Part shown: in pieces, positions 1-12,456 of the stretch
Layout: each line of letters opens with the position of its first letter
Numbering within the stretch: the stretch's first letter is position 1
Assembly (NCBI GenBank): GCA_010405405.1
Contig: MU004231.1
Location: forward strand, 1,805,784 to 1,869,783
Origin: Microthyrium microscopicum
Lineage: Eukaryota
Reading direction: 5' to 3'
Length of the DNA: 64,000 nucleotides
The notes under the pieces: generated by a model
Databases searched by the model: none
What the model saw: only the letters and a program-made list of their open reading frames with translations
Told to the model about the DNA's origin: nothing
Program-made: the position numbers and the translations under genes

Positions 1-188
1 CTGAGTGCGCCCTCAAGTCCTTAAAACCTCGCGTCCCTCCGTCCATCTTCCACCAGTTCTCTCAACACTTTCTCCAACTCCATCCCCCAAGAAGTTGGCC
101 ACGACCACCGTCCAAAAGTAGCTTTGTCTACTTTCAACGCTGCTCACCCCTTTCAAATCCACCAAACCAACCTTCTTCAAGCAAAGAC

Positions 189-890
189 ATGTCTCTTCAA
201 CCTTCCGTCACGGAATATCTCGAGTCGCCATCCGACTCCAATGCCAAATGGGTGACGTTCCAGCTAAACGCGCCTCTGCCAGCAACCAGCAACGGCTCGC
301 GCTTGGCCATCGGCGCTCCTCCAGCAGAGCTCACCCAAGTGGGCAACTTCGGCGCCGTCTCTCCAGGCGCCATCTACCGCGCGCAGTTCCCACAGCCAGA
401 CAACTACGCCTGGCTATCCACCCTTGGCCTGAAGGCCATTCTGACGCTCGTCGAAGGCCCCTTCGACGACCACTACCGAGAATGGATGTTCCAGGAAGGC
501 ATCCAGCATCACAACATCATTCTTCCAACCAATAAGGATGCTGTCAACATGCGTGAGGCGGATATCAAAGCTGCCCTTTCTGTACTCCTCGACCAGCGCA
601 ACTACCCGTTGCTGATTCATTGCAACAAAGGAAAGCACCGCACTGGCTGCTTGGTGGGAACTTTACGACTGGCGATGGGAGAAGAGATGGGACCTGTCGT
701 GGAAGAGTACCGTGCTTACGCGGGAAAGAAGGCGCGACCGGGCGACGAAAAGTTCTTGGGTGAGATGGACGTCGCACCAGTGACAGAGATGGTGAAGGCT
801 CTTGGTGCTGTAGGCCTGGAGATGAACGAGAAGGGTGAGCGAAAGCCTGCGGCGGGATCGTCGCTTCCTAAGGAGAAGCGTGGTAGTTGA
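189..890 (+). CDS. SIW14: Siw14/Oca-family dual-specificity (inositol pyrophosphate/tyrosine) phosphatase
   Basis: Intronless ORF with NFGAVSPGAIYR, LGLKAILTL and the catalytic CX5R loop LLIHCNKGKHRTGC typical of Siw14-type phosphatases. Orthology versus paralogy is not resolved. Confidence 0.8.
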   Translation: MSLQPSVTEYLESPSDSNAKWVTFQLNAPLPATSNGSRLAIGAPPAELTQVGNFGAVSPGAIYRAQFPQPDNYAWLSTLGLKAILTLVEGPFDDHYREWMFQEGIQHHNIILPTNKDAVNMREADIKAALSVLLDQRNYPLLIHCNKGKHRTGCLVGTLRLAMGEEMGPVVEEYRAYAGKKARPGDEKFLGEMDVAPVTEMVKALGAVGLEMNEKGERKPAAGSSLPKEKRGS

Positions 891-1209
891 TCTGGGCCGG
901 CGTTAGGAGTTTGGAGTTGCTTATATCGGGTTTCGCTATGGTCCGGCTTGGAAGGTGTCTTTCCTGGTTTATCTGTTTTGCTGTATTTGTTATTGCCAAC
1001 ATTAGTATCGCTTGAACAGATATGAATGTAACGAAGGAACCATCCAATGAATTGAACTTTCATCAATGACACTATTGACCGCTCAAGTCCGCATAAGTAC
1101 ATGTAACCTTCCCATCACTACCGCAAGACACAGTATATAAAACATTCATGCAAGACAAAAACTGGAGAACGAAACTCAAGTCTAGTTATTTACCTGCGAA
1201 AAGGATTCA

Positions 1210-2840
1210 TTAGATCCCAAGGTTGAACTCAACACCAACGTCAATATCACGAGCTTGAGAGGTTAGCTATTTCTGTTAAGAAGTATAAGAGAGCATGATG
1301 ATTTACCTATCTTAACAAGTTTGGAGAATTGCACGGACTTCTCGGCGGCATTTTGGAGATCATCGATGGAGAAGATCTTCATGCCGGACTCATTGATCTG
1401 TGACATGGTGAGTACGGTACATCTTCATTACTTTGTACTTCACTTACGAGCTTATGAGCAGCCTCCATGTTTGTGCCTTGAAGACGAGCAATGATTGGTA
1501 TCCGGAGGTTCATGTTTTGTACAACCTGGATAAGACCAGTAGCGATGGCATCGCAGCGTACGATACCACCAAAGATGTTGACAAAGATGGCAGAGACCTT
1601 GGGGTCGCTGGTAATGAGCTCGAATGCCTTTTGAATGGCGGCAGGGGTAGCTCCACCTCCAACGTCAAGGAAGTTGGCTGGGCTACCACCATTGAGCTTG
1701 ATGATATCCATGGTGGCCATGGCAAGACCTGCACCGTTGACTAAGCATCCGATATCACCATCAAGCTTGATGAAGTTGAGGTTGGATTCAGCAGCCTTGA
1801 CCTCATCGGCATCTTCCTGGGTAGTGTCGCGCATGTCGAAGAGCTCTTTTTGTCTGAAATCTGCGTTATCGTCGAATCCGAGCTTGCAATCCATGCAAAG
1901 AACTTCATGATCTGTTGTTTCGCTCCATGGGTTGATTTCGATCTGAGTAGCATCCTTATCCATGAAAAGCTTGTATAGCTTCTTGATTTCGTCCGCAGCG
2001 GTTTCAATAGTATGGTCAGAGAATCCAATCTCAGTTGCAATCTTGGTGGCAAGCTCATTCGTGACACCTGCATGAATATCCACTGGGTAGGTCTTGATAG
2101 CAGCTGGGTTTGTCTTTGCGACTTCCTCAATATCCATTCCACCTTGCGAGGAAGCAACTATAACAGGCTTTTGTTGGGCTCGGTCCATGAGAATAGCGAG
2201 GTAGAATTCGCGACGGGCAAACTTGCGTTCGACGATATAAACCGAGTTGCAGGGACGACCACCAGCACCGGTTTGCTTGGTGATGAGTTTGTGTCCGATC
2301 ATTTCAGAGGCGAGGGCGCGAGCTTCCGCAGGCCTACCAAATGTTAGGTTGTGTTCTCTATCAATCGTTGGAAAACTTTACGAGTAGATGACTCTGACAC
2401 CTCCTTTGAACCCATGATCAAAGTGTCCCTTTCCTCGTCCACCAGCAAGGACTTGTGCTTTCATAACCAAATCATCATCCTCTGTTTAAAGTCAAAATGT
2501 GTTCGATAATAGGAGACAGTTGTTCGTACTGAGCTTTTTCGCGACAGTCTCTGCTTCTTCTGGAGAGAAGGCAACGTATCCGGGAGGCACTCCAATATCA
2601 TACTAAAAGGATGTAAGCAGTGATCGAAAATAATTTGTGGTCTGATCATACAGATCGTAGAAGGTCGGCAGCACGGTATTCGTGTATGGATAGATTTCTT
2701 CTCTGTTGATTAAGCGCGTATCTGGATGGCTTTGGCTGCGTATCTGTTAGCCCATGAAACAGCTTCTATCGACCCAGGAGACGAACCACAGCAGCGCGCA
2801 AAGCCGCGATTGCGGGTCGACTACGTGCCAGCTTGAACAT
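1210..2840 (-). CDS. LSC2: Succinyl-CoA ligase beta subunit, mitochondrial (multi-exon)
   Basis: Basic presequence [69 protein letters not shown] and C-terminal VEFNLGI-stop (TAA at 1210-1212). Several GT-AG introns. Confidence 0.95.
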
Positions 2841-3095
2841 GCTGACTATCGACCTGTAAAGAGGAAATATATGTCAATGGAAAGACTTTGAAGGGGTGAT
2901 CAAATCAATGGTAACTATCGGAGAAGCGTTCCGCTGGATTGGTGATGAGAGACGAAAGCTTGAGCCAAGGAAGAACGCTATCCCACTTCAGGCCAAGCTT
3001 CTTTTTCCTAGCTACGATCTTTGACATCAAGATCCCAACATTATTGGCATCGCAAGTTTTACTCACATCGTGCTCTAATTATTCAATATTTCATC

Positions 3096-3822
3096 ATGCC
3101 TAAGCCAACCGAGCCTTCCGAAGCTGATATTGTGTTCAACCGAGCTAACGTCGCCCTGGCCAAACACCAACGCCTCGTCGCATCATGGCTCTCTCCACCC
3201 TCCGCCCAAGAACTAGCAAGCGCAAAATCGCAAGACGAATTACAAAAGGAAGAGGAAGACATGTTTGCTCCGGTTCCTGAATTGTCAGTTCTGGGCCCAC
3301 ATCTATATATTACTCAGCCATAAAGCTGATTGGAAAAATAGGCTGGGTGTAGGAGCTGTAGTTCCAAAAGACAGTGATGGCCTACCAAAGCGATCAGAAG
3401 CTTCGGCTATGGAGAAACTGCGCAAGCAACTTCTTGGAAAGAATGCTGCAGCAGTAAAACCTGTAAGGAATGGCTCAAAAGCTGCTGTACCAGAACCTGC
3501 CAAAGCGTCCAAGTCCTCCTCCGCTAGAACTGCTGCTCAAGACGATGAAAGTGATGAGGAAGGCGGTAGAGCTATCGCAATAACGTCTTCGAAATCTCAC
3601 CCCGTACGGCCAAAGAAGAACAAAAAGAAACGCAAGCTCGAGCAAGATGAAGATTCGCCAGAAACAGGCGCGGATCTTGCCCATCAGAAGGAGAGCGATT
3701 CGAGTGCACAGGCAGAAGTGGCTCTTGAAGAACCTCTTCCAAAGGCTACCAAAAAGAGAGCCAAGAACTTTCTCGACGAAATGCTCGAGAAGAAGAGCAA
3801 GAAGAATAAAGGAAGCACGTAG
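3096..3822 (+). CDS. Conserved fungal Lys-rich protein (DUF3245-like), 2 exons
   Basis: MPKPTEPSEADIVFNRANVALAKHQRLVASWL start; intron at ~3284-3341; exon 2 has LGVGA, LRKQLLG, DDESDEEGGR and NFLDEML..K, the motif series recalled for DUF3245. Confidence 0.7.
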
Positions 3823-3914
3823 TACGGATAATGTTTCTTTCTTTGGAAAGACTGATGAAATATAGGCACCATACCCAAGTTTTCATAATATACATGATGT
3901 ATCAGCGCCTACAC

Positions 3915-4886
3915 CTATTCGTGTGTCCATTCTGGCTTCTTCTTTGCCGCAAACGCTTCCATCCCTAAAAAGACTTGTTAGCGCAATTCCTTGCTTGAAC
4001 AGGGTAACCAACCTATTTTCTGATCCTTGCTACCGAATAGCGAGTGGAATACACGTCGCTCAAACTCAACACCTTCGCGAATACCAAGATCTTGACTCTT
4101 GTTGACGACCTCCTTTGCCGCCTTTACTGCTAGTTGACTGAAGCTAGCAATCTTTGCAGCTGTAGACAACGCACCATCAAGGCACTCGGCGGGCGTCTCG
4201 AATACTTTGGCAGCCAGTCCCCATTCTCCTGCTTGTTTTCCTGTGAACGTATCGCCTGTGAGAATTAACTCCATAGCTCGGCTCTTGCCAATGGCAGCTG
4301 TCAATCTTTGACTTCCACCAGCACCAGGAATAACGCCTAGCTTGATTTCAGGTTGTCCAAACGTGGCTGTGGTGGAGCAGTATAAAATATCTCCCATCAT
4401 GGCAAGCTCGCATCCACCGCCTAGAGCGTAGCCGTTGACAGCAGTAATCAATGGCTTCTTCAGAAAAGTAGTCAAATCTGACCACATTTCTATAAAGTCT
4501 TTACCATAAGCATCAGCCAATGACAAATCCTTCATCTCTTTGATGTCTGCTCCGGCGGCGAAAGCCTTCTCTGACCCAGTGATAACCAGGGCTCCAATGG
4601 ACTCGTCCGCACTAAAATCTTTCAGAGCTTGGTTTAACTCTTTGAACAAGGGTGAGCTTAGTGCATTGAGAGCTTTTGGTCTGTTTAAAGTCACTAGACA
4701 TATCTTAGCACATACTAAGGTGATTGTTTCATGAAGACGGGGAATACCTAAGCCAACGCCGTCCTTTGGAGTAGATGTCTTTATGAACTCATATGTGCCT
4801 GTGGAATATCTTGCTCTAGCAGCAATTGGAGCTTGTTTCTGAACAACGCGGAAGGCCATTGGCCTTGCAGCTCGAAGGGGCAACAT
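3915..4886 (-). CDS. Mitochondrial short-chain enoyl-CoA hydratase (crotonase family)
   Basis: LNRPKALNAL, AFAAGADIKEM, ALGGGCELAMMGD, FGQPEIKLGVIPGAGGSQRL; last exon GMEAFAAKKKPEWTHE-stop. Likely start MLPLRAARP at 4886. Confidence 0.93.
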
Positions 4887-6278
4887 GATGTGCAAAAGAG
4901 TTGATGCTGCCGATTGATTGACACAACAAAAGATAAAAGGAACGTTAGACCAAATATGTTGCAAAATTGACCAGCTCACAGAGCTTGAAGAACATCAGAC
5001 GTGAGGTCAAGCTCGAGCTGCATGTGGTGGCTAATATCGGCATCGTCGGGAATCAAGATCCTCGACGCGCTAACCCTTGAGCTTCCAACTACATTTGATC
5101 TCAACACCTCATCCATCAATTTTACATCGTCGCATTGCTTACATCTAATTCGGCCTTGGATAAATACTCCAATAGCCCGTTTATCAGCTTACAATGGTTT
5201 GGGAACCTGCACCTTGGCTGTCTATGCGCCGCCTGGTGTCAAACATTGGCCAAACCACCTTGGCCATTTCCGTTATGCCCTCTTGCTCAAAGCTGTCAAG
5301 CCACTTCACACTGAAAATCTAACTTCAACAACTTGAATGCACATGTCTCGTTGTTGCTTGTTATCACGAGCGTAAATGTCAACTCAATATCGCCGCTCAC
5401 GAGAAGGCGCATCTTTCTCCCATGCGTCATGCCAGACTTCGAAAACTATCAGCATGGCATCAATCGACTTGCTCTACGCAGTACCTATCGCTCGTACTAC
5501 ATGAGCCTGATAGGAGACTGATCAAGGCGGTCGAGAACAGTCCCGCCCCGGCCAGATAATGACCTCGACTGTCCTATTACCTGTTCTATGTTTCCACCCC
5601 ATCTTTGCTACTGTTGTAAACTGTTTCTAAGTTCTCGCCATAGGTTCCTACGCCATGCCATAGCTAGGACACTAAAATTATACAGATCTTGAAGAGTTTC
5701 ATCCTTGCAATTTCTCACGAAAAATCTAGAACGTCTGAAGAGACTAAAACATTGATTGATTGTCAGGAACAGCAAACAATGCCAAGAAAGTCACGAGCAA
5801 GCTGTTTTCGTCTGTACTCACTTTTGTCTGCTTGAGCGGTCTGTCAAACTATGGCACTGACCAAGACGTTATGAATGATTGGACGTGGATATGCGGACTT
5901 GTCAACGCATATTTGATCGACCCGGTTTGTGTTTACCTAGTGAATACCTCCAGACTTGGGGCAAAAAGTCGTTCAAAGGGAAATAAGACAACTTTTGATA
6001 TGCCGCCACCTCTCCCTGACCTCGGAAACAGTTATGCCGTTCTTCTGGTTCAAAGACAACGGCATGTGTCGCCTACCTGATGTAACTGAAGATATAAACC
6101 TGGTGTTGGTGCCCAAGTTGAAATGGAACACATCTTTGAGCTTCGGGTTCTTTTCATTCGTTATACTATCCACATTCGTTTCTCGGACATTCGTTTCTTA
6201 GACATTCATTCATTCGTTTACTATTTATAATCGTTACTTTTTAACTTGTTCTTGCTTTCTCTTGGGTCTATTGAAATA

Positions 6279-8228
6279 ATGAAGACAGATTCTATTCTAT
6301 TCCGCATAGCTCTCTTCACATTGCTAGGGAGCACATCTGCGTTCCCTGGCTGGGCTAAACAGCTGGAAGAGATCAAACGCCGCGACACTGGAGGTGCAGT
6401 TGATAGCGCCCAGGATTCTACTGAATTGCTAGGAGATCTGGTATCGCCCGGACCACAGACTGACGTTGGAAAGGTACTTCTGTCGATTTTACTTCCTCAT
6501 ATACATATTAATGGGGTACCTAGGCAGTTGCTGATATTCTCTCTGGCAAAGGCGAAGGTCAGGGCGAAGATGGTGGCTACCGAGCTCCAGGCCCACTTGG
6601 ATCCGATGCCTGCAAACAAGATTCTTGTTGCGTCTACAAGTATGCCGCAGACGAAATGAAAGCTGCTTTTCGAGGACCTAGTGGGCGCTGCAATGCTTTA
6701 GCACGCAGAGCTGTTCGACTGGGGTTTCATGACGCTGGAACTTGGAAGAAAGGGCTCACATCTGGCGGTGCGGATGGCAGCATGATTCTTACTGATGAGG
6801 TTTCGAGACCTATCAATGCTGGTCTTGAGGAGGTTATTGATACCATGAGACAATGGTGAGTCTGCTCTTGCACTTACGTTGATCGTCACTAAGCTTTCTT
6901 GAAGGTACAATAAGTACAGTCCATATGGAGCTGGTGCGGCGGATTTGATCCAGCTCGGGGCAACGACAGCAACAGTCGTTTGTCCACTGGGTCCCCGAAT
7001 TCGAACATTCATTGGCAGACAAGACAATGCTAAGCTGCCACCAGATGGTCTGCTTCCAGACGTTAACGCTCCCGCTGATCAACTGATTCAACTATTCATG
7101 GATAAGACAATCATGCCTAACGGATTGACTGCATTGGTTGGAGCACATACGACAAGCCAGCAGCGATTTTTTGATCCTAAGAGAGCCCTTGATCCTCAAG
7201 ACCTGAGTCCTGGTGTTTGGTAAGTTTTCCTCGTGGAAATATCTTTTCTGAGTACCTCCAACCATATCTAAAGTGGTTTTGACTGTAAGCTCATGCTAAC
7301 AAATCCTAGGGATGTGTTATTCTATCCTCAGACCCTAAATCCAAGAGCCCCTAAACGTGTTCTCAAATTTCCAGCAGATGTGAAGTTCTCTACCCATCCT
7401 CGAATGGCCGAAGAATGTACGAACTCATGAAGCCCCACGGAATATCATTGACTGAATACTGATACCCTCTAGGGAAAGAATTTGCTGATCCCAAGACTGG
7501 ACAAGAACACTGGAATTCCGATTTTGCTCGAGAATACGTCCGTCTCTCAATGCTTGGTGTCAACAACATAAACAATATGTCCGAATGCACAAAAGTACTC
7601 CCACCAAGATCTGGAGGTTTCAACCCGCCGGATTTAAATCAGGTCAACCAGTGGCTACAAGGCGGCTTTAACAACTACGGAAGTGCTTTTGGATCCTTAC
7701 TTGACCAAGGACAATCAGCCGAGAACGCGACTCTCTCCCAGAATGGCATCAATCCAGCAGATGCTACAAATAAAGCTCCTCCTCCACCAGGCTCTCCGTT
7801 CAGTAAGCCTCCACCTGCTCCAGCTCGCCCCAGTGTTCCTGTTCCAACGGCTAAACCCTCGCCAACTCGTATGCCCAAAAGAGGCGGTGGCCAAGATCCA
7901 GGATTCCTTCAACCAAGCCAGGCATCCTCAGTGCTACAGTCAGGACAGCCATCCCTCTTGAGTTCTTCTGCACTGGGAGCGCCATCGCAGTCTGGGCAAC
8001 CGCCTTTGCCTAGCTCTTCTATTCTAGCTTCTCAGTCAGGTAAGTTCTTGACGCGAATATACCTTTGCCCCGACAATCTCATACTAATGAGTCTCAGGCC
8101 AACCACTAACACAACCCATTGAACCGAACCCAACGCAGCCAGAGTCGATGGTAGAGGACGAGGGGGCCGAGGAGGGAGACAATAGAGTTGGAAGCAGTCG
8201 ATATTTATGGAAAACCGAGATTTTATGA
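6279..8228 (+). CDS. Secreted class II-type heme peroxidase with Pro/Ser-rich C-terminal tail (multi-exon)
   Basis: Signal peptide MKTDSILFRIALFTLLGSTSA; distal motif RRAVRLGFHDAG; GGADGS; ADLIQLGATTATVVCPLGPRIRTFIGRQD; proximal LVGAHT; RLSMLGVNNINNMSECT. Last exon reconstructed through the intron at 8040-8097. Confidence 0.85.
7930..8110 (+). repeat. Three imperfect QSGQP-containing peptide repeats in the peroxidase tail
   Basis: LQSGQPSLLSSS / SQSGQPPLPSSS / SQSG|QPLT, the third copy spanning the last intron. Confidence 0.6.
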
Positions 8229-8399
8229 GATGCAAGTATATCATTTATCCATTTCTCGTTATTTTTGTCAAGGTTACCCTTGATGCAGCTAAGAAGTACA
8301 TCTTTAATACAAGACAAGGGATCAGACATCTTCCCAGCCTTTAGGTTCACCAAACTCCCATAGTTGATACAATGCGATATCGTGTTTTCAAGGCCAGAC

Positions 8400-9278
8400 C
8401 TAATCCTTCCATCGATTCAAGTACTTCTGCATATCATCCATCGGATTAGCCGCAGGCGTTTCCTAGATCCATAAGCTTCTCGCCACAAACTCACCATACC
8501 AGGACTTACAGGATTCGCCCGTTGGCTAAAACTCCACGTCTTAGCCTGCGTAACAGTCTTCTGAATAAACGTATTCGGCTTCATCGGCGACTTTGCAATG
8601 ACCACTTTACTCGGTGGATTCAACGGCGTCATCTTCGTCTTCGTAATCTTCGTCCCTGGATACGTCTGCATCGGCGCATAGATGATAGGCCCCGTCTGCT
8701 CATGAAACGGTATACCGTAGAGGCCATTCGGACCGGCCGCAGCAGCAGGCAACACGGTAGCGACTTGGCGTGGTGGACCGGCTACGCCGCCGCCTACTGT
8801 AGCAAGGCCGCTGACGATGGCGGGTGGGAAGATGCCAGTCATGCCGGTGAGTGTGAAGCGCGGGGAGAAGTTTGTTACTGTGCCGCCTGTTGCGAGGACG
8901 GAGATCATCTTGAGAAAGCTGGAGAAGTGTTAGAGGTAGGCAGATTATGGAGCGGGGAGGAGATGGCTACTATGCGTTGTTGGGCTGGCTGGCTCCTAGA
9001 CCTGGGGAGATTGTGCCAATGGCTTGATTCCCATTCGCGAAGACGCCTTGAGTTGTGATGGGGAAGAGCTGGATTATAGTCCCGTCATCGTTGCCGCCGG
9101 CGCAGAGGAAGAGTTGGTAGGAGATGAATTTTGTGATGGCGGGTAGGTCGCCGGATTCGGTCCATTTGATCTGAAGCGAACCGGCGGGTATGACTGCGCC
9201 TGCTACGGGTGCTGTGAATTTGACATCTGCGAGGACGATGGTGAGGAATGTGGTGAGGAGTGTCAAGGGAGACAGCAT
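8400..9278 (-). CDS. KRE9: KRE9/KNH1-family beta-1,6-glucan biosynthesis protein, secreted (3 exons)
   Basis: Signal peptide then DVKFTAP, YQLFLCAGGN, NFSPRFTLTGMTG, PFHEQTGPIIYAPMQTYPGTKIT, TWSFSQRANP; terminal exon DDMQKYLNRWKD-stop, the typical Kre9 ending. Confidence 0.88.
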
Positions 9279-9757
9279 CGTGGAGGAGAATGGGCTGCTC
9301 AGCAGCGGGTTCTACTGCGCGTGCTTTGAGTTTGGTTGAGAGAAAGGAGAACAAATCAATTCTCAAATTGCACCGAAGTCGTAGTACTTTAGCGAGGGGA
9401 GTTTATAGCAAGGGAGAGGGTGAATCGAGGTTGTAGGAATTGATTGGATTTGATGGAAGCTACAAGGCTGAGAGGTGAGAGTGCAAGCTGCCACGATGAA
9501 GACAATGCAGCAGGTGCAAAAATTGATGGCACTCCTCCACCGATGTTGCCCATAGCATGAATTCTTCTAAAAATCGGATATCTTCCTGCGCACCGTGTTG
9601 AAAAAAGAATAGTTTTTGTGACACAATGTAACGATATGCTTACAAAGTAAATGCTTCAGCTGATTATATACATCGCACTCTATGGGAAGCGTATAACATC
9701 TTAGCCTGATATGCGAAAAGGTCAAGAGCAGCGCGCGATCTTGCCATTGCTTTGCCA

Positions 9758-10777
9758 TCACAATCCCGCTAAGAAATCGTGTCCATATACGTCTTTTACA
9801 AGGAAATCAAGCGCCTCATTGAAACCAGCTACATATAGGAACCCATTTTTGATCCAGCTCTTCATCAACTTTCTCCATGAACGATCAGGGTAGATTGGAC
9901 ATGGCTTTGCCTGTCTGGGGTGAAATTTCCAAGGATCTTTGCCAAAGTGCAAGGCTCGCGTTCGTGATTTACCGGGTGCATTGCCTTGAGGAACATCTTC
10001 GCGATCAAATTTGTTGCGCCAGTATCGAAGGCGCCTGGCTTGGATCAATGCGAGGTCGTGATATCTACGGGGTAACAATGATGGTGTCCAGAAGTGAACA
10101 GCTAAATCCTTGGGGTAATTCTTTCGCACCGAGTCCAGTACATTCACCAGATCCTGGCGGGATAACATCCGAGAAGGCGTTCCTTGATCGCCATCTCTAA
10201 TGAATAAAGATTCCAAATTTGGTGCGAATATCTTAGGGAGGGTTGCTGGACTATTAAATAAGTCATGACTGATCACCCAAGACATATGTTTCAGTTTCGG
10301 GAAATCGATTAGTGTGAGCGCGTCCTTGATAATATCGGCTCGTAGGATCCTAGGTCCTACGACAAACCAGGCATTTCGAACATTGTTTGCGTATAGTTGT
10401 CGACGGACAGGTTTTATTCTGAGTAGAAGTGTCAAAAGGCAATTACTTGACGCTGCAAGGTGGTGTTCAGGATCGCCACAGGGTCGAGATGGTTCAGACC
10501 AGAGATGTCGAGTAGCCTCGTTGAACCAAGCTCTGTTGACACGCTGGCATCTAAACAAGGTATGCTCGCGTTGGTATGGAGCGACTGGCCTTGTTATTCG
10601 TCTTTTTGTGATCGTTGTATTGTGAACAGTGTTGTCAAGATGAACCCACTCAAAGATTTGATCTAGGAGTTCTGGTAAATTCAGAACGCGCTGAGCGGCG
10701 GTTTCCTTGGAACTCTTTTTGATGTACTCTGAGATATATTCCGCGACCGGCAGTTCCATTTGAAGATCCAAAACCAT
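9758..10777 (-). CDS. Hypothetical protein with N-terminal F-box-like motif
   Basis: Intronless 339-aa ORF; RVLNLPELLDQIFEWV...LFRCQRVNRAWFNEATRHLW fits the fungal F-box-like consensus. The rest is unrecognised. Confidence 0.6.
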   Translation of the reverse strand: MVLDLQMELPVAEYISEYIKKSSKETAAQRVLNLPELLDQIFEWVHLDNTVHNTTITKRRITRPVAPYQREHTLFRCQRVNRAWFNEATRHLWSEPSRPCGDPEHHLAASSNCLLTLLLRIKPVRRQLYANNVRNAWFVVGPRILRADIIKDALTLIDFPKLKHMSWVISHDLFNSPATLPKIFAPNLESLFIRDGDQGTPSRMLSRQDLVNVLDSVRKNYPKDLAVHFWTPSLLPRRYHDLALIQARRLRYWRNKFDREDVPQGNAPGKSRTRALHFGKDPWKFHPRQAKPCPIYPDRSWRKLMKSWIKNGFLYVAGFNEALDFLVKDVYGHDFLAGL

Positions 10778-11357
10778 GTTTCTTAGTCAGTTGAAAAGGA
10801 GGGAATTGGCGTGGCATAGGCTGGAGTCTGGTTTCAAAAGATCTTGATGAGCGAGTCCCAAGCAGTGAAGCTCGAAGTAAAATATGTTGCAGCCGGAGGA
10901 GAATGAAAAGAAACTACTGAGCTGGCTCTGGCCGGGTTAGGTTGCTGGATTATATGCGAGATGATAGAGCTGGTTCGAATGAACTACGGTTAACTTGCGC
11001 TCGCAAGTCGTAGCCATGGTTGGGATTCCGGTACAACCCAAGATAAATCTTGATCAACAGCGATAACTCCAAGTCCGGTAAAGGTGATTTCAGTAGTAAA
11101 AAGCCTCATATGGGTGCCCTCGTTTAGCTAGCTGCTCAACGCTGTGGCTGTCCATTAGGATCTTGGAAGAGTATTTCATATTTCCCATAGTGGTGGCCAG
11201 TGATGAAGGGAGTCCCGTAGTTCTGTGTTTCTGATCTGAATACGACCCAAAGAATGGGTTTAGAATACCAAAGTTGTGCGATGAATTCTTAGCTCATTTG
11301 GAGTACCATAGAACAACAGCACTAGCGTAAAGTTGTTGCAGCAATTAAAACTGGTTG

Positions 11358-11938
11358 TTAATACTGCCCAAACTCCCAAATACCTTTATCGTACCCTTCA
11401 GTTACTCGTTCGTCCTCTCCATACCTAGGAGCATGTCAGTTTCAATTGCTTGTATTCCTCGGAATGATTCTTACTTCTCCTGCCATCGTTGAAATCCGCC
11501 CTCTAGCACAAAAACTTTCTGCGGCACCTCGCTCTCCTTATTCTCACCCTCCTCATTTCCCTCGTCTTTTGGCTCTGTCTTCTTGTCCAGTCCCAGCCGT
11601 TCCCGCTCACGCATATATCTCAGCGCCGCCGTTGGGCCCCGCTGTTGACTGAGCGCACAATGAAACACCACAATCTTCTTCTCGCGCAGCGTACGCAGTA
11701 GCTCGGGCATACGGTAGTCTAGTGATGGGGCCGGCACATTCTGGCATCCTCGGATATGGCCGCCAATGAAATCAGAGTCCCGTACGTCGATTATAGCTAG
11801 CGATTCATCGCCTGGCTTGCCAATGAGCTTGGCGAATAGTGAGTCGCGAGATATGCGGGGCAGGTTGCCTATGTTGATGACAGGTGCGGTGGGCTGGACG
11901 CGGGGATTTTGGTGCTTGTAGAGAAGATGGGCGTCCAT
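11358..11938 (-). CDS. Rhodanese/Cdc25-like phosphatase (Ibp1/Ych1/arsenate-reductase type), 2 exons
   Basis: AIIDVRDSDFIGGHIRG, VVFHCALSQQRGP (CX5R), VFVLEGGFQRWQ; second exon YGEDERVTEGYDKGIWEFGQY-stop. Confidence 0.88.
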
Positions 11939-12456
11939 GGTGGAAAAGCGGCTACGGGTTTTGATATGTGGGAATGGCGAGCGCATTGAAGATGAAGGGT
12001 GAGGTGTTGAGCTTCAGGATCGCACTTGGACAGGACGGAATGTTCCGTATCGATATTGGATTGTACCGTGACCCCCTGCGATAATGAAGTTGAGGGACGG
12101 CCCGCAATATCTTGTGGACTTTCTTGCGGAGTTATTTCCGCTTTTGCTGCCTTATCGTGACCACTTCGCCTCACCCAACACAGGTAACGTTATATTCATG
12201 GTCCATGATGTAGAGTAACTCATTAGCGAAATTGCCGCAGGCTGCGCTTGACTGTCTCGCTTGACCGCCTGGCTTTCTCCAAAATCTTTCGTCGTCTTTG
12301 GGTTGTTTCCGTTACTAATGTTACTCTATGAACCAGAAACGGGACACACCAGTGTATCAAAGAACTACTAACTAGTATCTATGAAATGAATTTTTCACAA
12401 AGCGATTGCTGGTCTCCAACAATCGACCCAAGGACTACAGTCTTCCAGCGTTGCTA

